From: Deltaproteobacteria bacterium
GTDB taxonomy: Bacteria; Bdellovibrionota_C; UBA2361; SZUA-149; JADZAE01
DNA: 64,000 nucleotides
Reading direction: 5' to 3'
Assembly: GCA_020852715.1 (NCBI GenBank)
Contig: JADZAE010000034.1
Span: 57,786 to 121,785, forward strand
In this document: positions 27,531 through 37,740 of the stretch, in pieces
Layout of the letters: each line of letters starts with the position of its first letter
Numbering within the stretch: position 1 is the stretch's first letter
Notes under the pieces: model-generated
The model's database searches: none
What the model was told of the DNA's origin: nothing
Seen by the model: only the letters and a program-made list of their open reading frames with translations
Translations under genes and position numbers: made by a program

Positions 27531-29363
27531 TTGCGGCAAAAATTGAATTTAGAAAAGGTTTTAATGGACTGTCCGAAGTGTGGTTATCAATGTTCCCCCG
27601 GCTGGAAACAATGTCCAATCTGCGGACAAATGTTAGCCGTCGAACAACGCCATGAGGATGCAAAACCGCGCAGTAACTTAGCCGATCAAACAAAACCTTT
27701 AACCAGTTCACAAGCTTCATGGCTTGAGCGCTTAAAAAAAACAGCACCTAAAGAAGAGAATACGGTAGCCCAAAAACCGAACTCAATTGATAATTTTTCG
27801 CTGGATGATGATGATATTTTCGCCGACGACCCTTTAGAAAAGGCGAAAAGATTACTCAATTCACCCTCGTCAGAACCGACCCCTATTGCAAAAAAACAGA
27901 TTCCTGTGCTTACCGCAAGTAAACAAACCTCCCCGGTATTAACAACGCCAGTGCCTGCTATATCCGCTCCGGTAAAACCCATTAATCCGATCGCTACTCC
28001 CCCTCCCAAGGTAGCGCCCATGGCAGAAAAACTTTCGCCCAAAAAGAAACCATTTATTGATGATCAGGAGGAACAAGAAGAAACAGGGGGACATGCTTAC
28101 TATCTCGACGACGACACCGAAACTAACGGGTCGCTAATGACAGTAATGGAATTCGATGATGACGATTCTATTCTTTCGCAGCAAATCGATGACTTACTAA
28201 GCGATAATATCGAATCGGTTGAAGCCGTTCATTCGCATAGCAGATTGCCTGTCATTAACGGCAACTCCACAACTATTGTTGAAGATGACATCGAAATTGA
28301 AATCGAATTTGAGGTCAAAGAGGAAACAGGGGCAGCCACAGCTAATAGCAATAAAAAACCTGCTCCAGCTACAATTTCTTCCGTTGGCGGACTTCTTGAA
28401 AATATCGAATCTTTGACCAAAAAAACAAACAATGTCTCGTTCTCAAAAACTCAGGATTTAAGCAGCGAAAAAGATCCACTCGTGGCTATGCTGAAAAAAG
28501 GACTGCAAAAGAACAAAAAAGAATCTGTGCAGGAACGCTTGCAGAGTATTTTACAAAACTCCGAGTCTTCCACCGCCATAAAAGAGCTATGCTCCTTGGT
28601 TGCTGAAGCCTACGGAATAACCACTCCATCGCCTGAGAGTATGCCGGAGAATAAAGTATTTTCCGAAGAAGCCCCCGCCGCCGTTAAAATGCCTGTAGAA
28701 GGAATTTTACCCTCCACAGAAAGCACAGAAAAAAAAACTTTAATAACAGCCACTAACCCACTAGCTTCTAACGATCCTTGGGAAATTTTAGATGATGCTC
28801 TAAGCGCTAAACCCTCTCATCTGGAAATTGACATTTTACTAACTGAGCTAACCAACGCGCAACCATCCGACAAAATCTCAGCGATCTTCGATACCTTGGA
28901 GTATGAGCTAATTTGCGGCAAACAACAGTTAGTCGGCGCAACAAAGACAAAAACTGCTTTCATCAGCAATAACAATTTACAAAAAGCCTTTGAAGAATTT
29001 GAACACGAAGAAAAGAAACAAAAAGTTGAGCGTGAAATTCAAAAAGAAGACCCCTTCGCCTATCAGTTAAATATGGTCCCCGCCTGGCGAAAGACTTTAG
29101 CTCGCCTGATTGATATATCATCGGCAATCAGCTGCTGCTTATTATTCTCGTTCATTTTATTTTTTCCCAATGAATCAAAAATGAAGCTATTAAACCCGGC
29201 ACTACTCATCTCCGAAGATTGGCTTCCATATCTACCCCGAACATTTCTAAGTTTTTGCATTACCCTTACTCTTTGCCTCTATTTTTTAAGCGCAATTAAA
29301 TTCACATCTACGGCACAACGCCTTGCCGGAATAAAACCCACCAGGAAAGCGTTAATTAAATAG
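27531..29363 (+). CDS. zinc-ribbon protein with a long acidic disordered region and a C-terminal RDD-like membrane domain
   Basis: CPKCGYQCSPGWKQCPICG at the N-terminus. About 450 aa are low-complexity and D/E/S/P-rich. The C-terminal end reads WRKTLARLIDI followed by two hydrophobic helices. Confidence 0.6.
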   Translation: MRQKLNLEKVLMDCPKCGYQCSPGWKQCPICGQMLAVEQRHEDAKPRSNLADQTKPLTSSQASWLERLKKTAPKEENTVAQKPNSIDNFSLDDDDIFADDPLEKAKRLLNSPSSEPTPIAKKQIPVLTASKQTSPVLTTPVPAISAPVKPINPIATPPPKVAPMAEKLSPKKKPFIDDQEEQEETGGHAYYLDDDTETNGSLMTVMEFDDDDSILSQQIDDLLSDNIESVEAVHSHSRLPVINGNSTTIVEDDIEIEIEFEVKEETGAATANSNKKPAPATISSVGGLLENIESLTKKTNNVSFSKTQDLSSEKDPLVAMLKKGLQKNKKESVQERLQSILQNSESSTAIKELCSLVAEAYGITTPSPESMPENKVFSEEAPAAVKMPVEGILPSTESTEKKTLITATNPLASNDPWEILDDALSAKPSHLEIDILLTELTNAQPSDKISAIFDTLEYELICGKQQLVGATKTKTAFISNNNLQKAFEEFEHEEKKQKVEREIQKEDPFAYQLNMVPAWRKTLARLIDISSAISCCLLFSFILFFPNESKMKLLNPALLISEDWLPYLPRTFLSFCITLTLCLYFLSAIKFTSTAQRLAGIKPTRKALIK

Positions 29364-29381
29364 AAACTCAGCACATCAGCT

Positions 29382-29580
29382 GAGTCTTATCCACAAGTCG
29401 TAAAAGGGTGCCTTGGTGATAAATTTTTGCAACACTCTCGGCGGCGTAAATAATTTCACCAGCGCTTATGGAATGCGACCCATGTTGCGAGCGCCAGCAA
29501 ATAACTGGGTCGCCTGCGCTTCATGAGCACACCGCCGCATCGGGTGCGAATGACAGCAGCGAAGCGAAACGCTGGCTTGC
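29382..29580 (+). repeat. GC-rich intergenic repeat family, copy C
   Basis: gagtcttatccacaagtcgtaaaagggtgccttggtgataaatttttgcaacactctcggcgg...gcgacccatgttgcgagcgccagcaaataactgggtcgcctgcgc contains a perfect 8-bp stem gcgaccca/tgggtcgc. It starts 19 nt after the stop at 29363. The 3-prime boundary is approximate. Confidence 0.75.
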
Positions 29581-29749
29581 TCAAAATTTTTAGCGCTTTT
29601 TTATATCGGCGCTACCGCGCCCAGCTAGCCAGTCAATAAGAGGAAATTTAGCCCTAAAATTAAGATAATTTGACTTGACCCGCAGATTATCGTAAAAAAC
29701 GAACCTGCAAATATTGTTGCCTTTTTATTGAATGATATCAGCAACATAC

Positions 29750-29822
<73 letters not shown>

Positions 29823-29875
29823 CACTTTCCCATCTAAATATCACCCGGTTGCTGCTTTTTAATGCTTAGAAAAAT

Positions 29876-30991
29876 ATGACGAAAGCAAAAGCACGCTCTA
29901 CTTCTGAAGACACTAACGACAAAAAAACAAAGCAATCTTTTCAACCGGCCGACTTATTTCTGTCTAGTCTGAAAGCACAGCTGGCTAAACAATCTCCGGA
30001 CAAATCCTTACGCGGCGGCACTCTTCTAAAAAGTATTAAAATTAATTCGCCCCTTATTATTGTCGGCACCGAACGGTTGCGCATCAAGCGCCTGATCTCT
30101 TGGATCAAGGATAATGTGTTTACTTCGGATGTCACTGTTAATGCCTATTTTGGCACCGAGTTAAGCACAGATAAATCTATTTTATCAATTACTGATGCCC
30201 AACAAAGCCAGTCTTTGTTCAGCCAAGAAGAACTGATTATCATTCATGATATTGACCAGCTTAAATCTGCTCCCGCTAGGCTGCTTGCGGCTGGACTAAG
30301 AAATCATCAAGACTTCATTTTTACTCTAGGCACAGCTTCCTCAATCAACAGTAAAACTATTTTAGTTAATGAGTTAAAGGACGCTTGCTCGATTGTTGAA
30401 ATAAAACCGTTAAAAGACGATGAGCTAAAACTTTGGGTAGCAGGCGAAGTCAAACGTTGCGGCTGCATCGGTGGCATCAGCGCCGAAGCTGTAAATATTC
30501 TCGCTGATGCCTATAAAGACGACGTGGACTCTCTCGCTCAAGAAATAGCTAAGATGGTGCTAATAATTGAACCGAATCAACAAATCAGCAAGGCTCTGGT
30601 TACGGAGGTCATTGCCAAAACCCCGCTTCGTCAGAGTTTTGATCTGTTGCGCTTCATTGCCGGTAAGAATATTGTGCGTGCTTCGCTTCTGGCCCAAGAG
30701 CTTGAGCAACAGGGCATGCATGCTTTACAGCTAGTCGCTTTCTTGTCACGTTGTTTCAGAATTTTATTGGCGTTGAAGACATCACAAAACCGCACCTCTC
30801 TCGGCACCGAATTAGGAAACCCCTGGTTTATTAAAAATTTGCAGTCAAACCTTAATCACTATACCGTCAAGGATCTTCAGCTTTGCTTAAATGCCTTAAA
30901 AAAACTTGATCTTGATCTGAAAAGATCAAAACTTTCTGAAACGATTAACTTATTAACTTGTATTCAAAGACTTACATTAAGAACCGGGTGA
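29876..30991 (+). CDS. holA: DNA polymerase III subunit delta
   Basis: Size (371 aa) and layout fit HolA. The N-terminal clamp-loader-like domain has LFSQEELIIIHD, and the C-terminal region is a helical domain. This is a moderate-confidence motif-level call. Confidence 0.65.
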   Translation: MTKAKARSTSEDTNDKKTKQSFQPADLFLSSLKAQLAKQSPDKSLRGGTLLKSIKINSPLIIVGTERLRIKRLISWIKDNVFTSDVTVNAYFGTELSTDKSILSITDAQQSQSLFSQEELIIIHDIDQLKSAPARLLAAGLRNHQDFIFTLGTASSINSKTILVNELKDACSIVEIKPLKDDELKLWVAGEVKRCGCIGGISAEAVNILADAYKDDVDSLAQEIAKMVLIIEPNQQISKALVTEVIAKTPLRQSFDLLRFIAGKNIVRASLLAQELEQQGMHALQLVAFLSRCFRILLALKTSQNRTSLGTELGNPWFIKNLQSNLNHYTVKDLQLCLNALKKLDLDLKRSKLSETINLLTCIQRLTLRTG

Positions 30992-31959
30992 TGGATAATT
31001 TTACTTACACAATTTTAATACTGGTAACGGTGACTTTGTTTCTGTTTATTTGGCAGCTGCGACGGCGTAGAAAGGGCAGCATGCGCATGAAGCAGGACAA
31101 TACTGGGTATTGGCGCTACCACAAAGACACGATATTTGAAAAACAACTAGCCTGGAACAAAAAAACCAAAAAAACAGAACAAAAAAAACATAAGTCAGAG
31201 AAACAATCGGTGGCCGTATTAAATTTCGCTGGCGATATTAAAGCGAAAGCCAGGAAAGAGCTGGCCCAGTTAATTGATGAGGTCATACTCAATGAGGAAA
31301 AACTGACAGAAGTGGTAATTATAGTCGATTCACCGGGCGGAACAGTTACCGGTTACGGACACGCCTTTGCTGAAATTGAGCGCTTAAGAAATATCGACAT
31401 TCAAATCACTGTTTGCATTGATGCCGTAGCCGCATCCGGCGGCTATTTAATGAGTCTGCCGGCACATAAGATTATTGCCGCACCTTTTGCCGTTATTGGT
31501 TCGATTGGCGTAATCGCTTTTATCCCGAACTTCAGGAAGTTATTACTGGATTGGCAAATCAATCCACGCACTTTTTTGGCGGGAAAATTTAAACGTACAG
31601 TTACCTTAACCGATGACGCCAACGCCGAAGAAATCTCCCATTTTCAAGAGCAACTAGAAGCGATTCATCGCTTGTTTATCGGGGCAGTGCAAAAATACCG
31701 CCCGCAAGCAAATATGCAATTTGTTGAAACCGGCGATCATTGGACAGCTAGAGAAAGCATTGATTTAAACCTGGGGCTAATTGATCAAATCGCGACATCA
31801 CAAGATTATTTGTTGCAAAAAAATCGCAATGTTGATTTAGTCTTTATCAAACAAAAACATAACGTTTGGGAAAGTGGAATCAATAGCCTATTTGCTTCGC
31901 TTGTTGACAATGTCAGTAGTCGGCTATTTTCCTTTTTTTTCCGGAACATAAATTTCTAA
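30991..31959 (+). CDS. S49-family serine peptidase, SohB-like
   Basis: The start is taken as the ATG at 30991, which overlaps the holA stop as ATGA (MDNFTYTILILVTVTLFLF, a transmembrane anchor). Motifs VIIVDSPGGTVTGYG and AASGGYLMS are present. Confidence 0.75.
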   Translation: MDNFTYTILILVTVTLFLFIWQLRRRRKGSMRMKQDNTGYWRYHKDTIFEKQLAWNKKTKKTEQKKHKSEKQSVAVLNFAGDIKAKARKELAQLIDEVILNEEKLTEVVIIVDSPGGTVTGYGHAFAEIERLRNIDIQITVCIDAVAASGGYLMSLPAHKIIAAPFAVIGSIGVIAFIPNFRKLLLDWQINPRTFLAGKFKRTVTLTDDANAEEISHFQEQLEAIHRLFIGAVQKYRPQANMQFVETGDHWTARESIDLNLGLIDQIATSQDYLLQKNRNVDLVFIKQKHNVWESGINSLFASLVDNVSSRLFSFFFRNINF

Positions 31960-31965
31960 TCGCTT

Positions 31966-32406
31966 ATGAAAGAGTTTAAACGTCCAGATTTAGCTTTTCG
32001 TTTTGCCGTACCATTTATTCGCTTTGGCGAATTCGATATGGCTGGAGTGCTTTACCATGGTAACTACTTTCATCTTTACGAAAATGTCCGTGAACTTCTA
32101 TTTCGTAACGCCAATCTTCCTTATGACCGCTATGCTTCTAATGACCAGCATATGGCAATCACTGAAACGCAACAGAATTTTATCGGGCCCTTATATTATG
32201 GCCAGTCCTACACCCTTTATTTATGGGCAGAAGTAATCAAGAAAACCAATGTTATCTTATGTTACGAAATTGAGGATTCTGAGCATAAGATAGTACACCG
32301 AGCTTATACAAAAATGGCCTTTGTGGCTAAGGAAAAGGATAGTTTCCGTGTTTCCTCAATGCCCGCAGAGCTTATTAGATTATTTCAATCAATTGAAAAC
32401 AAGTAG
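31966..32406 (+). CDS. hotdog-fold acyl-CoA thioesterase (YbgC/4HBT-like)
   Basis: 146 aa, with the MAGVLYHGNYFHLYE motif typical of the 4HBT class. Confidence 0.65.
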   Translation: MKEFKRPDLAFRFAVPFIRFGEFDMAGVLYHGNYFHLYENVRELLFRNANLPYDRYASNDQHMAITETQQNFIGPLYYGQSYTLYLWAEVIKKTNVILCYEIEDSEHKIVHRAYTKMAFVAKEKDSFRVSSMPAELIRLFQSIENK

Positions 32407-33508
32407 CGGCACTTTGAATAAAAAAAGCAAAGAATACAGAAATGCTCTCCTCAAATACTGCGCTAGTTTTGCTTATTCTTCTTTTCTTCACTATAGCGGG
32501 CTGCTTGATAAAATATATCGAGAAAATATCACTAAAGGCGATCTCCCCTATCGTATTCTGAATTACCAGCACGTCGCTAATCCAACTGAGCTTCCCTTCC
32601 CGATCATGCCAGACTCTTGGATTTCTCCGGTCGCTTTTGAAAAGCAAATGCGCTATTTAAAAAGAAACACACATTTGATTTCTTTATCTGAACTACTCGA
32701 AAACCTAAAAGAAGAAAAACCGCTACCACCGGCAACCACCGTTGTTACTTTTAGCCCCGGCCATAAAGATTTTTATACTCAAGCCTTACCGATCATCAAG
32801 GATTATCGCATCCCTTGCACATTATTCGTGCCTACTTCTTTTATTGGCACAAACAATTCTCTCTGGTCTGACAAAGTGTTATTAACCTGTCGCATCATGC
32901 AGCACTTATCCATACCTTTTCCAGAACTACCATTTATTGATGAAAAATTTTATCTCCTTACGAGAACAAAGAAAAATGCCGTGAAGATCCATGAAGATTT
33001 TCCCTTTCTTTTGGTGCTTTACCTACAAATTCTTCCCTCGCAGCAATGCTATTTGAATTTACTGCATTTGTTTTCGTATTTTGCAGAAAAAAACTCTTTA
33101 CCTGTATACTCATATTTTCTCAGTTGGGAAGAATTACAAAATATTGCTAAACAGAAAATAGAAATCGCCAGCTGCGGCGATAATTATAAACTATTTAACT
33201 TTACCTCCGCTGAGGAATTACTTGCTGACATTATGCTTAGCGTAAAAACGTTATTTGATCATGGCATTGAACCAATTAGCTGCGTCATGGCTTCGGATAA
33301 GGAGCCGCTTTCACAGTCAATTAGACGGGCCCTAAAGGAAGCAGGCATCAGCGAAGTCCTAAATCCTTATTGCCAAAAAGATATTTTAGATAAAAATACT
33401 TTCGCTCTGGAGCATAAAACGATTATTATAAATCAGGCGTTAGCTTATATCCCCATACTCCTAACAACTATTTGGAAGATAAAACTTTTTAAGGCCAAAA
33501 TAAAATGA
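32321..33508 (+). CDS. polysaccharide deacetylase (NodB-homology)-like protein with a degenerate catalytic motif
   Basis: VVTFSPGHKDFYTQALPIIKDYRIPCTLFVPTSFIG has the NodB layout, but the canonical TFDDG is replaced by TFSPGH. The start is uncertain: the listed ORF overlaps the upstream gene by 86 nt, and a TTG near 32414 is an alternative. Confidence 0.5.
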   Translation: MWLRKRIVSVFPQCPQSLLDYFNQLKTSSGTLNKKSKEYRNALLKYCASFAYSSFLHYSGLLDKIYRENITKGDLPYRILNYQHVANPTELPFPIMPDSWISPVAFEKQMRYLKRNTHLISLSELLENLKEEKPLPPATTVVTFSPGHKDFYTQALPIIKDYRIPCTLFVPTSFIGTNNSLWSDKVLLTCRIMQHLSIPFPELPFIDEKFYLLTRTKKNAVKIHEDFPFLLVLYLQILPSQQCYLNLLHLFSYFAEKNSLPVYSYFLSWEELQNIAKQKIEIASCGDNYKLFNFTSAEELLADIMLSVKTLFDHGIEPISCVMASDKEPLSQSIRRALKEAGISEVLNPYCQKDILDKNTFALEHKTIIINQALAYIPILLTTIWKIKLFKAKIK

Positions 33509-35127
33509 TATCAGATAAAGTATTAGCTTTAGCAGTAGGTTTCTGCGATTTTTGGTCGAATTTATTGAAGGACTCTCCTAAATATCGCCTCGATCATAGT
33601 TGGCCGTCCGTAGGCACAGTCGACTTGGCACTTTCATCTTTTTACAATAAACCTTCTTTTAATGATAATGAGCTAAATATAATCAACGGAGCCGCCGCCT
33701 ATCTCGGTGGTATGTTGCATGATGTCTGGATAGATTTTGCTCCACAAATCGAAGTGAGTTTAACAGCTACAGCTAACAATGAGGTAACTATTAAAGCCGC
33801 CGGGGCCAAATTGGCGCCCAAGCATGAGCCTTTTGAATTAGAAATCAGCAAAGCTCTCATTTCCATATTAAGTAAGCCGCGAAATCCATTTCCTTGTTTT
33901 TCCGAATATGCTCGATCTATTGGTTCTCGTTATAATCGCATTAGTTTATTTGCCTTAGGAGCAATTGCCGGGCTGTGTCCTTATGGCAAAGGCAAATGGG
34001 CAACCGCAACTCCGGAAGATGTTCCCGAACATCTCAATGTTGCCTTAAAATTTTTATCTGAGTCAGCTGCGCAATATTACAAGAATTGTTATCCTGCCGA
34101 AACACTGGGAGCAAATCCCTTACTATATCAGGCGGGGCTAATATTCCCTCCGACCGGACTAAGAGAATTATATCCACTGCAACACGCCGTTCACGGGATA
34201 ATTAAGTTCTTTGAACATGTCCAAGCAAGTCGCGATCAAATGATTAATCTCTGTTACAATTTAGCATTAAGTCCCGATTCGCGGATTGCAGAGACGGGGT
34301 TAGTTATCTCTATGGCGTTATGCTCGTCGCCTGTTCCCAATGAATTAAGACTGCTTGTTGAAACATTTCAGGGCAGCAAGGATAACCTCCGCACTTCTTT
34401 ACTCTTTGCTCGGCGCGCACTAGGAAAGCCAGATAATTGGATGGAGCTTTTGGCAAAGAAATCACCCGAAGAAGCACGTGAGCTATTTAATTGCGAAGTC
34501 GAGCTAGGTCTATTTCCTGACCTAGTCGGAGACTTTGATTTAATAAGCAAAGACGATCTGGCAATGGTTGTTTCGGGGATTGTTTTTGGAAAATTTGCGG
34601 AAGTCCGTGGTTACATTGATAAGCTTTCAGCTAAAGGAAAATTATCAGCGCCAATAATCCTCCAGGGCATCGCTTTGGACATTAAACTTGGCCAGCTGGA
34701 TAGAGCCGAACAAGAGATCCTCAATATGGAAGCTTATTTACCTACCGACATCAACTTAAAAAAACGCTTTTATGAGCTATCTGGGTTATTACACATCATG
34801 CGTGGCCGTTTTAATAGCGCCTTGGAGAGCCTAAAAAAAGCGCACCAAATCGCCGCCCCCGACATTATTGTTGATGTAGATGTGGTTAGTCACTACTCTT
34901 CTGCTCTGCTCTTTACAAAAAACTATTCGGAAGTGCTCGAGCTGACAGATAAAGCAAAAAAATCAGCTTTTATGTCTTTCATCTCATACTTTAACCGTTT
35001 ACAGGCATTGCTAGCCATCAATGATAACCGTTATCCTAGCGAACTACAGCACGTGGCGCGTAAACTTCCCTTTAATCACAACGTGTTCAGTTTAATTCTC
35101 AATCAGCGCAAACGAGAAAACATATAG
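33505..35127 (+). CDS. hypothetical protein with C-terminal TPR-like helical repeats
   Basis: 540-aa ORF with an ATGA overlap with the upstream gene. The C-terminal third is TPR-like (FNSALESLKKAHQIA...). No family recognised. Confidence 0.55.
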   Translation: MISDKVLALAVGFCDFWSNLLKDSPKYRLDHSWPSVGTVDLALSSFYNKPSFNDNELNIINGAAAYLGGMLHDVWIDFAPQIEVSLTATANNEVTIKAAGAKLAPKHEPFELEISKALISILSKPRNPFPCFSEYARSIGSRYNRISLFALGAIAGLCPYGKGKWATATPEDVPEHLNVALKFLSESAAQYYKNCYPAETLGANPLLYQAGLIFPPTGLRELYPLQHAVHGIIKFFEHVQASRDQMINLCYNLALSPDSRIAETGLVISMALCSSPVPNELRLLVETFQGSKDNLRTSLLFARRALGKPDNWMELLAKKSPEEARELFNCEVELGLFPDLVGDFDLISKDDLAMVVSGIVFGKFAEVRGYIDKLSAKGKLSAPIILQGIALDIKLGQLDRAEQEILNMEAYLPTDINLKKRFYELSGLLHIMRGRFNSALESLKKAHQIAAPDIIVDVDVVSHYSSALLFTKNYSEVLELTDKAKKSAFMSFISYFNRLQALLAINDNRYPSELQHVARKLPFNHNVFSLILNQRKRENI

Positions 35128-35160
35128 AAACTTTTTATTGTAGAGAAAACCGCCAGTCCT

Positions 35161-35360
35161 GAGTCTTATACATAAGTCGCGAAAACGTGCCTTCGTGATA
35201 AGTTTTAGCAACACTTTCGGCATTGCCGCCATAGGGGCAAATAATTCCACCGGTGCTTGTGGAGCGCGAACACATGTTGTGAGCGCCAGCAAACAACTGG
35301 GTCGCCTGCGCCCCACATGCACGCGGTAGTTGGCGACACAACCACGCACAGCACCTTCCA
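35161..35360 (+). repeat. GC-rich intergenic repeat family, copy D
   Basis: gagtcttatacataagtcgcgaaaacgtgccttcgtgataagttttagcaacactttcggcattgccgcc...catgttgtgagcgccagcaaacaactgggtcgcctgcgc. It starts 34 nt after the stop at 35127. The minus-strand ORFs called inside it (35092..35349, 35135..35341) are probably spurious. Confidence 0.75.
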
Positions 35361-35368
35361 GGGCAATG

Positions 35369-35875
35369 CTATTCTTTTGTAAGATTTAATATGGCAGCTA
35401 ATTCGCTCAGATCACTGTCGTTAGCTCTTTTGCTATCGTTGGAAGCAATAAAGCCTTCATATGTTTCAAAGTAAGTATCCACTTTACTGGAGACTTGTCT
35501 CCACTCTCCGCTTTTTAGATAGCCGGTGCCGTTTAGAGGAACGAGCTTAATATGTGCATGGTCTATTCCTGTGCCTTCCATGATCAGCCCGATACGCCCA
35601 ACGTCGTCTAGCTTCGAGACTAAGTGCTGAGCTACTTTTTTGGCCTCCAGCACAAACTTGCAAAGCTCATCGTCCGACATTTGCAGCACATCACTTCCGT
35701 AGTGTTGCTTGGGAGCAAGCACCGTAAATCCCTTGGTATTAGGAAAAGGAGAAAGCCATGCAATATAGTAGTCGTTCTCCCAAAATTTGCCGCCGCCCAG
35801 TGGCTGCATTCTCCCCGCAGCAATCTCACAAAAAATACACTTATTGTCCGCAGTCTTACTGTCGTATTTTGCCAT
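35369..35875 (-). CDS. HIT-family nucleotide hydrolase/transferase (variant triad)
   Basis: N-terminal CIFCEI and a HIT fold layout. The triad region reads IDHAHIKLVP (H-x-H-x-K instead of H-x-H-x-H). Confidence 0.7.
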   Translation of the reverse strand: MAKYDSKTADNKCIFCEIAAGRMQPLGGGKFWENDYYIAWLSPFPNTKGFTVLAPKQHYGSDVLQMSDDELCKFVLEAKKVAQHLVSKLDDVGRIGLIMEGTGIDHAHIKLVPLNGTGYLKSGEWRQVSSKVDTYFETYEGFIASNDSKRANDSDLSELAAILNLTKE

Positions 35876-36124
35876 AAAATTTTACCAGCTTAGTTTATGA
35901 ATAATATCCCCCGAAAATTATTACACCGCTTATTTGAAAAGAACATATCCTACGGCATAGATCCATTTGCCGGCCGAAGATTACATGACATAAAGATAAA
36001 AACAAGAGCCCGAAATAACAGGGCAGCTTTATTATTAGAGTGAGATTTACAACTCCCGCTTGCTTGACTATGATCTGATTTGCTGCTCATATCGTCTGGC
36101 TTGAATTTCAAGTAGCGAAATTAT

Positions 36125-37504
36125 TTGGAAAGGAGGCTCGGTTCAATGAGCAAGCCTGAGATTACCGATGTGTTGACGGCTGGGTTTGGAGCAACTGGCG
36201 GAGGCCAATGTCGCATCCATCGCTGGGATCTTCAGGCTCAGGAGGTAAGTGAGATAAAGAAAGGATCCATTGAATGGAGTATGATCAATGGGCTTAAGAT
36301 GTGGAATATCGAGTGGTTAGAAAACTTCGCCAATATATTAGTCGCTCTGCTGAAGCCAGGTTATGCGCTCAAACTTTATGGCTGAGGCGCTGATGTGGCT
36401 GCCATTAAACGAGATTTGTTTGCGCCTTACGGAGTTACTATGTTGGCCGCACCGATATATGCCTCAGTAGTGGAACGCGAAGGGATGCAGCGTTTTGTGG
36501 AAAGCATTGATCATTACCAATGACATATGAACTTTGGCGGGGCTTGCCAAAAACCGTGGCAACCAGTGGCGCAGCTTCGAGCTATTCAGGAAGCCTGCCC
36601 CAACGTGTTAACCGCGGCCGAAGAGATTGTGGCAACAACCGATCTGCTGTTTTATTTGGTAACAAATGAAACAATAGCTGATCCGGTAATGCCCCAGAGA
36701 CAGGGACTAGTCAGAAACGACGGGAAGAAAATGTTCGAAGATAATCTCGGCATTCCCGACATCGATGACAAAATAGCTTCCTGGCCTTTGGGTAGTGGAA
36801 TATGGAAGGCAGGATCTTACTTTTCCACAGCGACACATGATAGCCCGGCGGCGCTAGATGTAGCATTTAGCACAGGAGCACATTTCGCTCTCTGGGCCGG
36901 CACTTTTTTAGGAATCGTCGGAAACCGGAAGCAATTGTCGTGAGATTCATGTGGCGCGACTTGTGATTGCGGATTTGCTTTGGAAGGTCAAGCGGTAGAA
37001 GAAAGTACCTGCCGCGTTCATTAGTGGAAAGACCTGATGCTCAAAGCAGGACTTGCCGGCAACTATGCTCAAACGGCAGAGGCAGTGCTTCAATGCTTTA
37101 CTGCAGTGCTTCCGGCATGCGTTGTTAGGCCCAACGTTGAAGAACTTTCAGTACTCGACACGAGACAAGCGCTTTCGGCGATACTTGAAAGCTGCAATGG
37201 CGATGCCATTCTGGCACCGACCCTGACGGCCGATGCAGCGGCGGATTTGTTAATTCGGCGTTTGCACGATCTTGCTAGCCTAGCGGGGAGCAAGTTATCG
37301 GAAAGAGAACCGGTGGCTATTGTTGGTGGTTGGTCCCAGAATAAAGCCTTTCTGGAACTACTGTGGAGAAAGGGAATCAATGTCGTTGTTCCCCTGCATG
37401 CTTCAGAGGCAACAACGGTTGGGGTAGCGGCAAAAACTTTATTCGAAGCGATGGAGATCAAAATGGATGAAGTCTTAAGCCGCATGCCACAGTTTCGTTG
37501 CTAA
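36125..37504 (+). pseudogene. fragmented FGGY-family sugar kinase, rhamnulokinase (RhaB)-like
   Basis: At least 3-4 frame breaks. The pieces are colinear with E. coli RhaB from memory: GFGATGGG...WNIEWLENFANIL (cf. DLGASSGR...WDVDSLESAIRLGL), QPVAQLRAIQEACPNVL (cf. NTLYQLRALTEQQPELI), ATHDSPAAL (cf. ASHDTASAV), AVLPACVVRPNVE (cf. ALPACRFIINPND), VAIVGGWSQNKAFLELL...ASEATTVG (cf. LHIVGGGCQNTLLNQL...PVEASTLG). A good RBS aaggagg lies before the ATG at 36146. GC is visibly higher than in the flanks. Confidence 0.6.
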
Positions 37505-37517
37505 AAGGTTCAACTCG

Positions 37518-37549
37518 ATAAAGGAGGCCGACATACCGGCCTCCTTTAT
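37518..37549. terminator. bidirectional intrinsic-terminator-like hairpin between convergent transcription units
   Basis: Perfect 13-bp stem ataaaggaggccg / cggcctcctttat with loop acatac, and A/T-rich flanks on both sides. It lies between the kinase pseudogene (+) and the last TraG-like gene (-). Confidence 0.55.
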
Positions 37550-37740
37550 AAAATTTCGAAGGTTTTGTTTTTCCGTTGCTTCTTCGGATAAAAAGCAGCA
37601 AATCTCTTTTCTTCGCAAAGCACTTCCAAGGCTTAAGATTTCTTAATGTAAAAGCCTAATTTGCAGGGTATATTGAAGCTAAAATCGTAGCATATACCCA
37701 GACGCCGATCACGACTAATGCTCGGCACCAATTTAAAGCC

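Noticed and set aside
35092-35349. Minus-strand ORFs 35092..35349 and 35135..35341
   Set aside because: They fall entirely within repeat copy D. The equivalent frames are not open in copies B and C, so they are by-products of high local GC.
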